From the human T2T-CHM13v2.0 reference genome, Homo sapiens: a DNA stretch of 64,000 nt. Below are positions 1-12,001 of the stretch, piece after piece. Positions within the stretch are counted from its first letter, which is position 1. Every line of letters starts with the position of its first letter. Made by a program: the position numbers and the translations under genes. The DNA is taken from NCBI RefSeq assembly GCF_009914755.1, contig NC_060930.1; one strand, written 5' to 3'. The notes beneath the pieces are model-generated. The model made no database searches. It had not been told where the DNA came from and saw only the letters and a list, made by a program, of their open reading frames with translations.

Positions 1-113
1 GACTTTGTGATGTCTGCATTCAAGTCACAGAGTTGAACATTTCTCTTGATAGAGCAGTTTTGAAACCCTCTTTCTGAAGGATCTGCAAGTGGATATTTGG
101 AACTCCTTTGGGT

Positions 114-130
114 CTTCGTTGGAAACGGGA
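114..130 (+). other. CENP-B box (intact); recurs every 3057 bp
   Basis: CTTCGTTGGAAACGGGA, the canonical 17-mer. Confidence 0.97.
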
Positions 131-279
131 TTTCTTCGTATAAATCTAGACAGAAGAATTCTCCGAAACTTCTTTGGTTGTGTGCATTCAAGTCACAGAG
201 TGGAACCTTCCTTTGGATAGAGCAGTTTGAAACGCCGTGGTTGTAGTATTTCCAAGCGGATATTAGAGCGCCTTGAGGC

Positions 280-296
280 CTATGGTAGAAAAGGAA
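280..296 (+). other. A-type monomer box (pJalpha-like); representative of 9 A-type monomers per HOR
   Basis: CTATGGTAGAAAAGGAA at the position homologous to the CENP-B box. Related boxes lie at ~790, ~1130, 1467, 1638, ~1980, ~2320, ~2660 and ~3000. Confidence 0.8.
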
Positions 297-450
297 ATAT
301 CTTCCCATAAAACCTAGACGGAAGCAATCTCAGAAACTACTGTGTGATGGCTGCATTCCACACACACGGTGGAACATTTCTCTTGATAGAGCAGTTTTGA
401 AACACTCTTTCTGTAGAATCTGCAAGTGGATAATTGGACCGCCTTGAGGC

Positions 451-467
451 CTTCGTTGGAAACGGGA
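451..467 (+). other. CENP-B box (intact); recurs every 3057 bp
   Basis: CTTCGTTGGAAACGGGA. Confidence 0.97.
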
Positions 468-619
468 TTTCTTCATGTTACTCTAGATAGAAGAATTCTC
501 AAACACTGCTATGTGATGTTTGCATTCAAGTCACAGAGTGCAACATTCCTCTTGGTAGAGCAGTTGGGAAACACTCCTTTTGTAGAATCTGCAATGGGAT
601 ATTTGGACTTCTTTGAGGC

Positions 620-636
620 CTTCGTTGGAAACGGGA
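620..636 (+). other. CENP-B box (intact); recurs every 3057 bp
   Basis: CTTCGTTGGAAACGGGA, only 169 bp after the previous box. Confidence 0.97.
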
Positions 637-959
637 TTTCTTCGTATGAATCTAGACAGAAGAATTCTCAGAAACTTCCTTGTGATGTGTGCATTCAACT
701 CAGCGAGTGGCACCTTCCTTTGGATACAGCAGTTTTGAAACACTGTTTTTGTAGTATTTCCAAGCGGATATTTAGAGCGCCTTGAAGCCTATGCTAGAAA
801 TGGAAATATCTCCCCATAAAACCAAGACAGAAGCAATCTCAGAAACTAATGTGTGATGGCTGCATTCCACACACACGGTGGACCATTTCTCTTGATAGAG
901 CAGTTTTGAAACACTCTTTCTGTAGAATCTGCAAGTGGATAATTGGACCTCCTAGAGGC

Positions 960-976
960 CTTCGTTGGAAACGGGA
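960..976 (+). other. CENP-B box (intact); recurs every 3057 bp
   Basis: CTTCGTTGGAAACGGGA. Confidence 0.97.
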
Positions 977-1298
977 TTTCTTCATCTAAACCTACAGAGA
1001 AGAATTCTCAGTAACTTCTTCGGATGTGTGCATTCGACGCACAGAATGGAACATTCCCTTTGATAGAGCAGTTTTGAGACACCGTTTTTGTAGAATTCCC
1101 AAGTGGATATTTAGAGCACTTTGAAGTCTCTGCTAGAAAAGGAAACATCTTCATGTAAAAAGTAGATAGAATCGTTCTCAGAAAGTGCTTAGTGACGTGT
1201 GCGTTCAACTCACAGAGTTTAACGTTTCTTTTGATAGAGCGTTTCTGAAACACCCTTCTTGTAGTAGCTGCAAGTGGATATTTGGACCTATTGGAGGC

Positions 1299-1315
1299 CT
1301 TCTTTGGAAATGGGA
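1299..1315 (+). other. Degenerate CENP-B box (both CpGs lost), fixed in the copies inspected
   Basis: CTTCTTTGGAAATGGGA versus CTTCGTTGGAAACGGGA. Confidence 0.9.
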
Positions 1316-1808
1316 TTTCTTCATGTAACTCTAGATTGAAGAGTTCTCAGAAACTCCTTTGTGATGTGTGCATTCAATTCAAAGAGTGAAACCTCCCTTT
1401 TCACAGAGCAGTTTTGAAACACTGTTTTTGTAGGATTTCCAAGGGGATATTTATAGCGCATTGAGCCTACGGCGGAAAAAGAAACATCTTCCTATAAAAA
1501 CTAGACAGAATACTTCTCAGAATCTGCTTTGCGATGTGTGCGTTCAACTCACAGAGTAAAACTTTTCTTTTGATAGAGCAGTTTTGAAACACTCTTTTTG
1601 TAGTATTTGCATGTGTATATTTAGAGCGCATTGAAGCCCACAGTAGAAAAGGAAATAACTTCACCTAAAACCTAGACAGAAGCAATCTCAGAAACTACTT
1701 TGTGATGTGTACATTCAACTCACAGAGTGGAACTTTCCTCTTTATAGAGCAGTGTTGAAACACTCTTTTTGTAGAAACTGCAAGTGGATATTTGGACCTC
1801 TTTGAGGC

Positions 1809-1825
1809 CTTCGTTGGAAACGGGA
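1809..1825 (+). other. CENP-B box (intact); recurs every 3057 bp
   Basis: CTTCGTTGGAAACGGGA. Confidence 0.97.
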
Positions 1826-2148
1826 TTTCTTCCTATAACCCTAGACAGAAGAATTTTCAGAAACCTCATTGTGATGTGTGCGTTCATCTCACAGAGTGGA
1901 GTCTTCCGTTTGATAGAGAAGTTTTGAAACCCTGTTCTTGTAGGATTTCCAAGTGGATATTTAGACCACTTTGAAGCCTATGATAGAAAAGGAAACATCT
2001 TCATGGAAAACATAGATAGAATCATCCTCAGAAACAACTTTGTGATGTGTGCGTTGAACTCACCGTCTTTAACCTTTCTTTTGGTAGAGAAGTTTTGAAA
2101 CACTCTCTTTGTAAAGTCTACAAGTGGATATTTTGAGCCCTTGGAGGC

Positions 2149-2165
2149 ATTCTTTGGAAAAGGGA
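2149..2165 (+). other. Degenerate CENP-B box (both CpGs lost), fixed in the copies inspected
   Basis: ATTCTTTGGAAAAGGGA versus CTTCGTTGGAAACGGGA. Confidence 0.85.
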
Positions 2166-2490
2166 ATGTCTTCACATAAAAGGCAGACGGAAGTGTTCTC
2201 AGAAACTGCTTTGTGATGTCTGTGTTCAACTCACAGAGTTTAACATTTCCTTTGATAGAGCGGTTTAGTAACCCTCTCTTTGTAGAATTTGGAAGTGTAT
2301 ACTAAGAGCGCTTTGAGGCCTATGGTAGAAAAGGAAATATCTTTCCATAAAAGCTAGACAGAAGCAATCTCAGAAACTCCTTTGCGATGTCTGCATTCAA
2401 CTCACCGAGTGGAACATTCCTCTTGAGAGAGCAGTTTGGAAACACTCTTTCTGTAGAATCAGCTTGTTTGTATTTGGACCTCCTTGAGGC

Positions 2491-2507
2491 CTTCGTTGGA
2501 AACGGGT
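2491..2507 (+). other. CENP-B box (essential core intact, last base T); recurs every 3057 bp
   Basis: CTTCGTTGGAAACGGGT keeps the NTTCGNNNNANNCGGGN core. Confidence 0.92.
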
Positions 2508-2830
2508 TTTCATCTTATAAACCCAGACAGAAGAATTCTCAGAGTCTTCTTTGTGATGTGTGCTTTCAACTCACCGAGATAAAGATTTCTCTTGATAGAG
2601 CAATTTGGAAACACTCTTTTTGTAGAATTTGCAAGGGTACATTGAGAGCGCTTTCAGGCCTATGGTAGAAAAGGGAATATCTTTCCATAAAAGGTAGACA
2701 GAAGCAATCTCAGAAACTACTTTGTGATGTGTGCATTCAACTCACCGAGTGCAACGTTCCTCTTGACCGAGCAGTTTGGAAACATTGTTTCTGTAGAATC
2801 TGCAAGTGGATATTTGGACCTCTTTGAGGC

Positions 2831-2847
2831 CTTCGTTGGAAACGGGA
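2831..2847 (+). other. CENP-B box (intact); recurs every 3057 bp except in copy 4
   Basis: CTTCGTTGGAAACGGGA. Confidence 0.97.
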
Positions 2848-2919
2848 TTTCTTCCTATAAACCCAGACAGAAGAATTCTCAGAGACTTCTTTGTGATGTG
2901 TGAATTCAACTCACAGTGT

Positions 2920-2925
2920 GGATCC
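2920..2925. other. BamHI site, once per HOR, which would release a 3057 bp fragment
   Basis: GGATCC in cacagtgtggatccttcc; no other GGATCC noticed in the unit. Confidence 0.85.
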
Positions 2926-5900
2926 TTCCTTTTGATAGAGCAGTTTTGAAACCCTGTTTTTGTAGTATTTCCAAGCGGATATTCGGAACGCCTTGAAGCG
3001 TATGGTAGAAAAGGAAATATCTTCCCATAAAACCTAGACAGAACCAATCTCAGAAACGACTTTGTGATGTCTGCATTCAAGTCACAGAGTTGAACATTTC
3101 TCTTGATAGAGCAGTTTTGAAACCCTCTTTCTGAAGGATCTGCAAGTGGATATTTGGAACTCCTTTGGGTCTTCGTTGGAAACGGGATTTCTTCGTATAA
3201 ATCTAGACAGAAGAATTCTCCGAAACTTCTTTGGTTGTGTGCATTCAAGTCACAGAGTGGAACCTTCCTTTGGATAGAGCAGTTTGAAACGCCGTGGTTG
3301 TAGTATTTCCAAGCGGATATTAGAGCGCCTTGAGGCCTATGGTAGAAAAGGAAATATCTTCCCATAAAACCTAGACGGAAGCAATCTCAGAAACTACTGT
3401 GTGATGGCTGCATTCCACACACACGGTGGAACATTTCTCTTGATAGAGCAGTTTTGAAACACTCTTTCTGTAGAATCTGCAAGTGGATAATTGGACCGCC
3501 TTGAGGCCTTCGTTGGAAACGGGATTTCTTCATGTTACTCTAGATAGAAGAATTCTCAAACACTGCTATGTGATGTTTGCATTCAAGTCACAGAGTGCAA
3601 CATTCCTCTTGGTAGAGCAGTTGGGAAACACTCCTTTTGTAGAATCTGCAATGGGATATTTGGACTTCTTTGAGGCCTTCGTTGGAAACGGGATTTCTTC
3701 GTATGAATCTAGACAGAAGAATTCTCAGAAACTTCCTTGTGATGTGTGCATTCAACTCAGCGAGTGGCACCTTCCTTTGGATACAGCAGTTTTGAAACAC
3801 TGTTTTTGTAGTATTTCCAAGCGGATATTTAGAGCGCCTTGAAGCCTATGCTAGAAATGGAAATATCTCCCCATAAAACCAAGACAGAAGCAATCTCAGA
3901 AACTAATGTGTGATGGCTGCATTCCACACACACGGTGGACCATTTCTCTTGATAGAGCAGTTTTGAAACACTCTTTCTGTAGAATCTGCAAGTGGATAAT
4001 TGGACCTCCTAGAGGCCTTCGTTGGAAACGGGATTTCTTCATCTAAACCTACAGAGAAGAATTCTCAGTAACTTCTTCGGATGTGTGCATTCGACGCACA
4101 GAATGGAACATTCCCTTTGATAGAGCAGTTTTGAGACACCGTTTTTGTAGAATTCCCAAGTGGATATTTAGAGCACTTTGAAGTCTCTGCTAGAAAAGGA
4201 AACATCTTCATGTAAAAAGTAGATAGAATCGTTCTCAGAAAGTGCTTAGTGACGTGTGCGTTCAACTCACAGAGTTTAACGTTTCTTTTGATAGAGCGTT
4301 TCTGAAACACCCTTCTTGTAGTAGCTGCAAGTGGATATTTGGACCTATTGGAGGCCTTCTTTGGAAATGGGATTTCTTCATGTAACTCTAGATTGAAGAG
4401 TTCTCAGAAACTCCTTTGTGATGTGTGCATTCAATTCAAAGAGTGAAACCTCCCTTTTCACAGAGCAGTATTGAAACACTGTTTTTGTAGGATTTCCAAG
4501 GGGATATTTATAGCGCATTGAGCCTACGGCGGAAAAAGAAACATCTTCCTATAAAAACTAGACAGAATACTTCTCAGAATCTGCTTTGCGATGTGTGCGT
4601 TCAACTCACAGAGTAAAACTTTTCTTTTGATAGAGCAGTTTTGAAACACTCTTTTTGTAGTATTTGCATGTGTATATTTAGAGCGCATTGAAGCCCACAG
4701 TAGAAAAGGAAATAACTTCACCTAAAACCTAGACAGAAGCAATCTCAGAAACTACTTTGTGATGTGTACATTCAACTCACAGAGTGGAACTTTCCTCTTT
4801 ATAGAGCAGTGTTGAAACACTCTTTTTGTAGAAACTGCAAGTGGATATTTGGACCTCTTTGAGGCCTTCGTTGGAAACGGGATTTCTTCCTATAACCCTA
4901 GACAGAAGAATTTTCAGAAACCTCATTGTGATGTGTGCGTTCATCTCACAGAGTGGAGTCTTCCGTTTGATAGAGAAGTTTTGAAACCCTGTTCTTGTAG
5001 GATTTCCAAGTGGATATTTAGACCACTTTGAAGCCTATGATAGAAAAGGAAACATCTTCATGGAAAACATAGATAGAATCATCCTCAGAAACAACTTTGT
5101 GATGTGTGCGTTGAACTCACCGTCTTTAACCTTTCTTTTGGTAGAGAAGTTTTGAAACACTCTCTTTGTAAAGTCTACAAGTGGATATTTTGAGCCCTTG
5201 GAGGCATTCTTTGGAAAAGGGAATGTCTTCACATAAAAGGCAGACAGAAGTGTTCTCAGAAACTGCTTTGTGATGTCTGTGTTCAACTCACAGAGTTTAA
5301 CATTTCCTTTGATAGAGCGGTTTAGTAACCCTCTCTTTGTAGAATTTGGAAGTGTATACTAAGAGCGCTTTGAGGCCTATGGTAGAAAAGGAAATATCTT
5401 TCCATAAAAGCTAGACAGAAGCAATCTCAGAAACTCCTTTGCGATGTCTGCATTCAACTCACCGAGTGGAACATTCCTCTTGAGAGAGCAGTTTGGAAAC
5501 ACTCTTTCTGTAGAATCAGCTTGTTTGTATTTGGACCTCCTTGAGGCCTTCGTTGGAAACGGGTTTTCATCTTATAAACCCAGACAGAAGAATTCTCAGA
5601 GTCTTCTTTGTGATGTGTGCTTTCAACTCACCGAGATAAAGATTTCTCTTGATAGAGCAATTTGGAAACACTCTTTTTGTAGAATTTGCAAGGGTACATT
5701 GAGAGCGCTTTCAGGCCTATGGTAGAAAAGGGAATATCTTTCCATAAAAGGTAGACAGAAGCAATCTCAGAAACTACTTTGTGATGTGTGCATTCAACTC
5801 ACCGAGTGCAACGTTCCTCTTGACCGAGCAGTTTGGAAACATTGTTTCTGTAGAATCTGCAAGTGGATATTTGGACCTCTTTGAGGCCTTCGTTGGAAAC

Positions 5901-8900
5901 GGGATTTCTTCCTATAAACCCAGACAGAAGAATTCTCAGAGACTTCTTTGTGATGTGTGAATTCAACTCACAGTGTGGATCCTTCCTTTTGATAGAGCAG
6001 TTTTGAAACCCTGTTTTTGTAGTATTTCCAAGCGGATATTCGGAACGCCTTGAAGCGTATGGTAGAAAAGGAAATATCTTCCCATAAAACCTAGACAGAA
6101 CCAATCTCAGAAACGACTTTGTGATGTCTGCATTCAAGTCACAGAGTTGAACATTTCTCTTGATAGAGCAGTTTTGAAACCCTCTTTCTGAAGGATCTGC
6201 AAGTGGATATTTGGAACTCCTTTGGGTCTTCGTTGGAAACGGGATTTCTTCGTATAAATCTAGACAGAAGAATTCTCCGAAACTTCTTTGGTTGTGTGCA
6301 TTCAAGTCACAGAGTGGAACCTTCCTTTGGATAGAGCAGTTTGAAACGCCGTGGTTGTAGTATTTCCAAGCGGATATTAGAGCGCCTTGAGGCCTATGGT
6401 AGAAAAGGAAATATCTTCCCATAAAACCTAGACGGAAGCAATCTCAGAAACTACTGTGTGATGGCTGCATTCCACACACACGGTGGAACATTTCTCTTGA
6501 TAGAGCAGTTTTGAAACACTCTTTCTGTAGAATCTGCAAGTGGATAATTGGACCGCCTTGAGGCCTTCGTTGGAAACGGGATTTCTTCATGTTACTCTAG
6601 ATAGAAGAATTCTCAAACACTGCTATGTGATGTTTGCATTCAAGTCACAGAGTGCAACATTCCTCTTGGTAGAGCAGTTGGGAAACACTCCTTTTGTAGA
6701 ATCTGCAATGGGATATTTGGACTTCTTTGAGGCCTTCGTTGGAAACGGGATTTCTTCGTATGAATCTAGACAGAAGAATTCTCAGAAACTTCCTTGTGAT
6801 GTGTGCATTCAACTCAGCGAGTGGCACCTTCCTTTGGATACAGCAGTTTTGAAACACTGTTTTTGTAGTATTTCCAAGCGGATATTTAGAGCGCCTTGAA
6901 GCCTATGCTAGAAATGGAAATATCTCCCCATAAAACCAAGACAGAAGCAATCTCAGAAACTAATGTGTGATGGCTGCATTCCACACACACGGTGGACCAT
7001 TTCTCTTGATAGAGCAGTTTTGAAACACTCTTTCTGTAGAATCTGCAAGTGGATAATTGGACCTCCTAGAGGCCTTCGTTGGAAACGGGATTTCTTCATC
7101 TAAACCTACAGAGAAGAATTCTCAGTAACTTCTTCGGATGTGTGCATTCGACGCACAGAATGGAACATTCCCTTTGATAGAGCAGTTTTGAGACACCGTT
7201 TTTGTAGAATTCCCAAGTGGATATTTAGAGCACTTTGAAGTCTCTGCTAGAAAAGGAAACATCTTCATGTAAAAAGTAGATAGAATCGTTCTCAGAAAGT
7301 GCTTAGTGACGTGTGCGTTCAACTCACAGAGTTTAACGTTTCTTTTGATAGAGCGTTTCTGAAACACCCTTCTTGTAGTAGCTGCAAGTGGATATTTGGA
7401 CCTATTGGAGGCCTTCTTTGGAAATGGGATTTCTTCATGTAACTCTAGATTGAAGAGTTCTCAGAAACTCCTTTGTGATGTGTGCATTCAATTCAAAGAG
7501 TGAAACCTCCCTTTTCACAGAGCAGTTTTGAAACACTGTTTTTGTAGGATTTCCAAGGGGATATTTATAGCGCATTGAGCCTACGGCGGAAAAAGAAACA
7601 TCTTCCTATAAAAACTAGACAGAATACTTCTCAGAATCTGCTTTGCGATGTGTGCATTCAACTCACAGAGTAAAACTTTTCTTTTGATAGAGCAGTTTTG
7701 AAACACTCTTTTTGTAGTATTTGCATGTGTATATTTAGAGCGCATTGAAGCCCACAGTAGAAAAGGAAATAACTTCACCTAAAACCTAGACAGAAGCAAT
7801 CTCAGAAACTACTTTGTGATGTGTACATTCAACTCACAGAGTGGAACTTTCCTCTTTATAGAGCAGTGTTGAAACACTCTTTTTGTAGAAACTGCAAGTG
7901 GATATTTGGACCTCTTTGAGGCCTTCGTTGGAAACGGGATTTCTTCCTATAACCCTAGACAGAAGAATTTTCAGAAACCTCATTGTGATGTGTGCGTTCA
8001 TCTCACAGAGTGGAGTCTTCCGTTTGATAGAGAAGTTTTGAAACCCTGTTCTTGTAGGATTTCCAAGTGGATATTTAGACCACTTTGAAGCCTATGATAG
8101 AAAAGGAAACATCTTCATGGAAAACATAGATAGAATCATCCTCAGAAACAACTTTGTGATGTGTGCGTTGAACTCACCGTCTTTAACCTTTCTTTTGGTA
8201 GAGAAGTTTTGAAACACTCTCTTTGTAAAGTCTACAAGTGGATATTTTGAGCCCTTGGAGGCATTCTTTGGAAAAGGGAATGTCTTCACATAAAAGGCAG
8301 ACGGAAGTGTTCTCAGAAACTGCTTTGTGATGTCTGTGTTCAACTCACAGAGTTTAACATTTCCTTTGATAGAGCGGTTTAGTAACCCTCTCTTTGTAGA
8401 ATTTGGAAGTGTATACTAAGAGCGCTTTGAGGCCTATGGTAGAAAAGGAAATATCTTTCCATAAAAGCTAGACAGAAGCAATCTCAGAAACTCCTTTGCG
8501 ATGTCTGCATTCAACTCACCGAGTGGAACATTCCTCTTGAGAGAGCAGTTTGGAAACACTCTTTCTGTAGAATCAGCTTGTTTGTATTTGGACCTCCTTG
8601 AGGCCTTCGTTGGAAACGGGTTTTCATCTTATAAACCCAGACAGAAGAATTCTCAGAGTCTTCTTTGTGATGTGTGCTTTCAACTCACCGAGATAAAGAT
8701 TTCTCTTGATAGAGCAATTTGGAAACACTCTTTTTGTAGAATTTGCAAGGGTACATTGAGAGCGCTTTCAGGCCTATGGTAGAAAAGGGAATATCTTTCC
8801 ATAAAAGGTAGACAGAAGCAATCTCAGAAACTACTTTGTGATGTGTGCATTCAACTCACCGAGTGCAACGTTCCTCTTGACCGAGCAGTTTGGAAACATT

Positions 8901-11900
8901 GTTTCTGTAGAATCTGCAAGTGGATATTTGGACCTCTTTGAGGCCTTCGTTGGAAACGGGATTTCTTCCTATAAACCCAGACAGAAGAATTCTCAGAGAC
9001 TTCTTTGTGATGTGTGAATTCAACTCACAGTGTGGATCCTTCCTTTTGATAGAGCAGTTTTGAAACCCTGTTTTTGTAGTATTTCCAAGCGGATATTTGG
9101 AACGCCTTGAAGCGTATGGTAGAAAAGGAAATATCTTCCCATAAAACCTAGACAGAACCAATCTCAGAAACGACTTTGTGATGTCTGCATTCAAGTCACA
9201 GAGTTGAACATTTCTCTTGATAGAGCAGTTTTGAAACCCTCTTTCTGAAGGATCTGCAAGTGGATATTTGGAACTCCTTTGGGTCTTCGTTGGAAACGGG
9301 ATTTCTTCGTATAAATCTAGACAGAAGAATTCTCCGAAACTTCTTTGGTTGTGTGCATTCAAGTCACAGAGTGGAACCTTCCTTTGGATAGAGCAGTTTG
9401 AAACGCCGTGGTTGTAGTATTTCCAAGCGGATATTAGAGCGCCTTGAGGCCTATGGTAGAAAAGGAAATATCTTCCCATAAAACCTAGACGGAAGCAATC
9501 TCAGAAACTACTGTGTGATGGCTGCATTCCACACACACGGTGGAACATTTCTCTTGATAGAGCAGTTTTGAAACACTCTTTCTGTAGAATCTGCAAGTGG
9601 ATAATTGGACCGCCTTGAGGCCTTCGTTGGAAACGGGATTTCTTCATGTTACTCTAGATAGAAGAATTCTCAAACACTGCTATGTGATGTTTGCATTCAA
9701 GTCACAGAGTGCAACATTCCTCTTGGTAGAGCAGTTGGGAAACACTCCTTTTGTAGAATCTGCAATGGGATATTTGGACTTCTTTGAGGCCTTCGTTGGA
9801 AACGGGATTTCTTCGTATGAATCTAGACAGAAGAATTCTCAGAAACTTCCTTGTGATGTGTGCATTCAACTCAGCGAGTGGCACCTTCCTTTGGATACAG
9901 CAGTTTTGAAACACTGTTTTTGTAGTATTTCCAAGCGGATATTTAGAGCGCCTTGAAGCCTATGCTAGAAATGGAAATATCTCCCCATAAAACCAAGACA
10001 GAAGCAATCTCAGAAACTAATGTGTGATGGCTGCATTCCACACACACGGTGGACCATTTCTCTTGATAGAGCAGTTTTGAAACACTCTTTCTGTAGAATC
10101 TGCAAGTGGATAATTGGACCTCCTAGAGGCCTTCGTTGGAAACGGGATTTCTTCATCTAAACCTACAGAGAAGAATTCTCAGTAACTTCTTCGGATGTGT
10201 GCATTCGACGCACAGAATGGAACATTCCCTTTGATAGAGCAGTTTTGAGACACCGTTTTTGTAGAATTCCCAAGTGGATATTTAGAGCACTTTGAAGTCT
10301 CTGCTAGAAAAGGAAACATCTTCATGTAAAAAGTAGATAGAATCGTTCTCAGAAAGTGCTTAGTGACGTGTGCGTTCAACTCACAGAGTTTAACGTTTCT
10401 TTTGATAGAGCGTTTCTGAAACACCCTTCTTGTAGTAGCTGCAAGTGGATATTTGGACCTATTGGAGGCCTTCTTTGGAAATGGGATTTCTTCATGTAAC
10501 TCTAGATTGAAGAGTTCTCAGAAACTCCTTTGTGATGTGTGCATTCAATTCAAAGAGTGAAACCTCCCTTTTCACAGAGCAGTTTTGAAACACTGTTTTT
10601 GTAGGATTTCCAAGGGGATATTTATAGCGCATTGAGCCTACGGCGGAAAAAGAAACATCTTCCTATAAAAACTAGACAGAATACTTCTCAGAATCTGCTT
10701 TGCGATGTGTGCGTTCAACTCACAGAGTAAAACTTTTCTTTTGATAGAGCAGTTTTGAAACACTCTTTTTGTAGTATTTGCATGTGTATATTTAGAGCGC
10801 ATTGAAGCCCACAGTAGAAAAGGAAATAACTTCACCTAAAACCTAGACAGAAGCAATCTCAGAAACTACTTTGTGATGTGTACATTCAACTCACAGAGTG
10901 GAACTTTCCTCTTTATAGAGCAGTGTTGAAACACTCTTTTTGTAGAAACTGCAAGTGGATATTTGGACCTCTTTGAGGCCTTCGTTGGAAACGGGATTTC
11001 TTCCTATAACCCTAGACAGAAGAATTTTCAGAAACCTCATTGTGATGTGTGCGTTCATCTCACAGAGTGGAGTCTTCCGTTTGATAGAGAAGTTTTGAAA
11101 CCCTGTTCTTGTAGGATTTCCAAGTGGATATTTAGACCACTTTGAAGCCTATGATAGAAAAGGAAACATCTTCATGGAAAACATAGATAGAATCATCCTC
11201 AGAAACAACTTTGTGATGTGTGCGTTGAACTCACCGTCTTTAACCTTTCTTTTGGTAGAGAAGTTTTGAAACACTCTCTTTGTAAAGTCTACAAGTGGAT
11301 ATTTTGAGCCCTTGGAGGCATTCTTTGGAAAAGGGAATGTCTTCACATAAAAGGCAGACGGAAGTGTTCTCAGAAACTGCTTTGTGATGTCTGTGTTCAA
11401 CTCACAGAGTTTAACATTTCCTTTGATAGAGCGGTTTAGTAACCCTCTCTTTGTAGAATTTGGAAGTGTATACTAAGAGCGCTTTGAGGCCTATGGTAGA
11501 AAAGGAAATATCTTTCCATAAAAGCTAGACAGAAGCAATCTCAGAAACTCCTTTGCGATGTCTGCATTCAACTCACCGAGTGGAACATTCCTCTTGAGAG
11601 AGCAGTTTGGAAACACTCTTTCTGTAGAATCAGCTTGTTTGTATTTGGACCTCCTTGAGGCCTTCGTTGGAAACGGGTTTTCATCTTATAAACCCAGACA
11701 GAAGAATTCTCAGAGTCTTCTTTGTGATGTGTGCTTTCAACTCACCGAGATAAAGATTTCTCTTGATAGAGCAATTTGGAAACACTCTTTTTGTAGAATT
11801 TGCAAGGGTACATTGAGAGCGCTTTCAGGCCTATGGTAGAAAAGGGAATATCTTTCCATAAAAGGTAGACAGAAGCAATCTCAGAAACTACTTTGTGATG

Positions 11901-12001
11901 TGTGCATTCAACTCACCGAGTGCAACGTTCCTCTTGACCGAGCAGTTTGGAAACATTGTTTCTGTAGAATCTGCAAGTGGATATTTGGACCTCTTTGAGG
12001 C

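Larger units (their letters stand above)
1..3057 (+). repeat. First HOR unit (arbitrary phase). Later units start at 3058, 6115, 9172, 12229, 15286, 18343, 21400, 24457, 27514, 30571, 33628, 36685, 39742, 42799, 45856, 48913, 51970, 55027, 58084 and 61141 (last one partial)
   Basis: The opening sequence gactttgtgatgtctgcattcaagtcacagag recurs at 3058 and at 61141 (=1+20x3057). 18 box positions were counted per unit, in the order B A B B A B A b A A B A b A B A B A (B = intact CENP-B box, b = degenerate, A = pJalpha-type). Confidence 0.97.

Noticed and set aside
357-368. Short CA run (ccacacacacgg), also at ~866
   Set aside because: Only four CA units, a substitution variant of caactcacag, with constant length in the copies inspected; not a true microsatellite.
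997-1009. Short palindromes/dyads such as agaattct, aggcct, tctaga and gagaagaattctc
   Set aside because: These are 6-13 bp elements intrinsic to alphoid monomers, too short to support a terminator, hairpin or transposon-end call.
114-2847. Regularly spaced identical 17-25 bp motif (gaggccttcgttggaaacggga) resembling CRISPR direct repeats
   Set aside because: These are CENP-B boxes. The intervening sequences are homologous monomers of 150-800 bp that repeat exactly, not unique spacers, and there are no cas genes.
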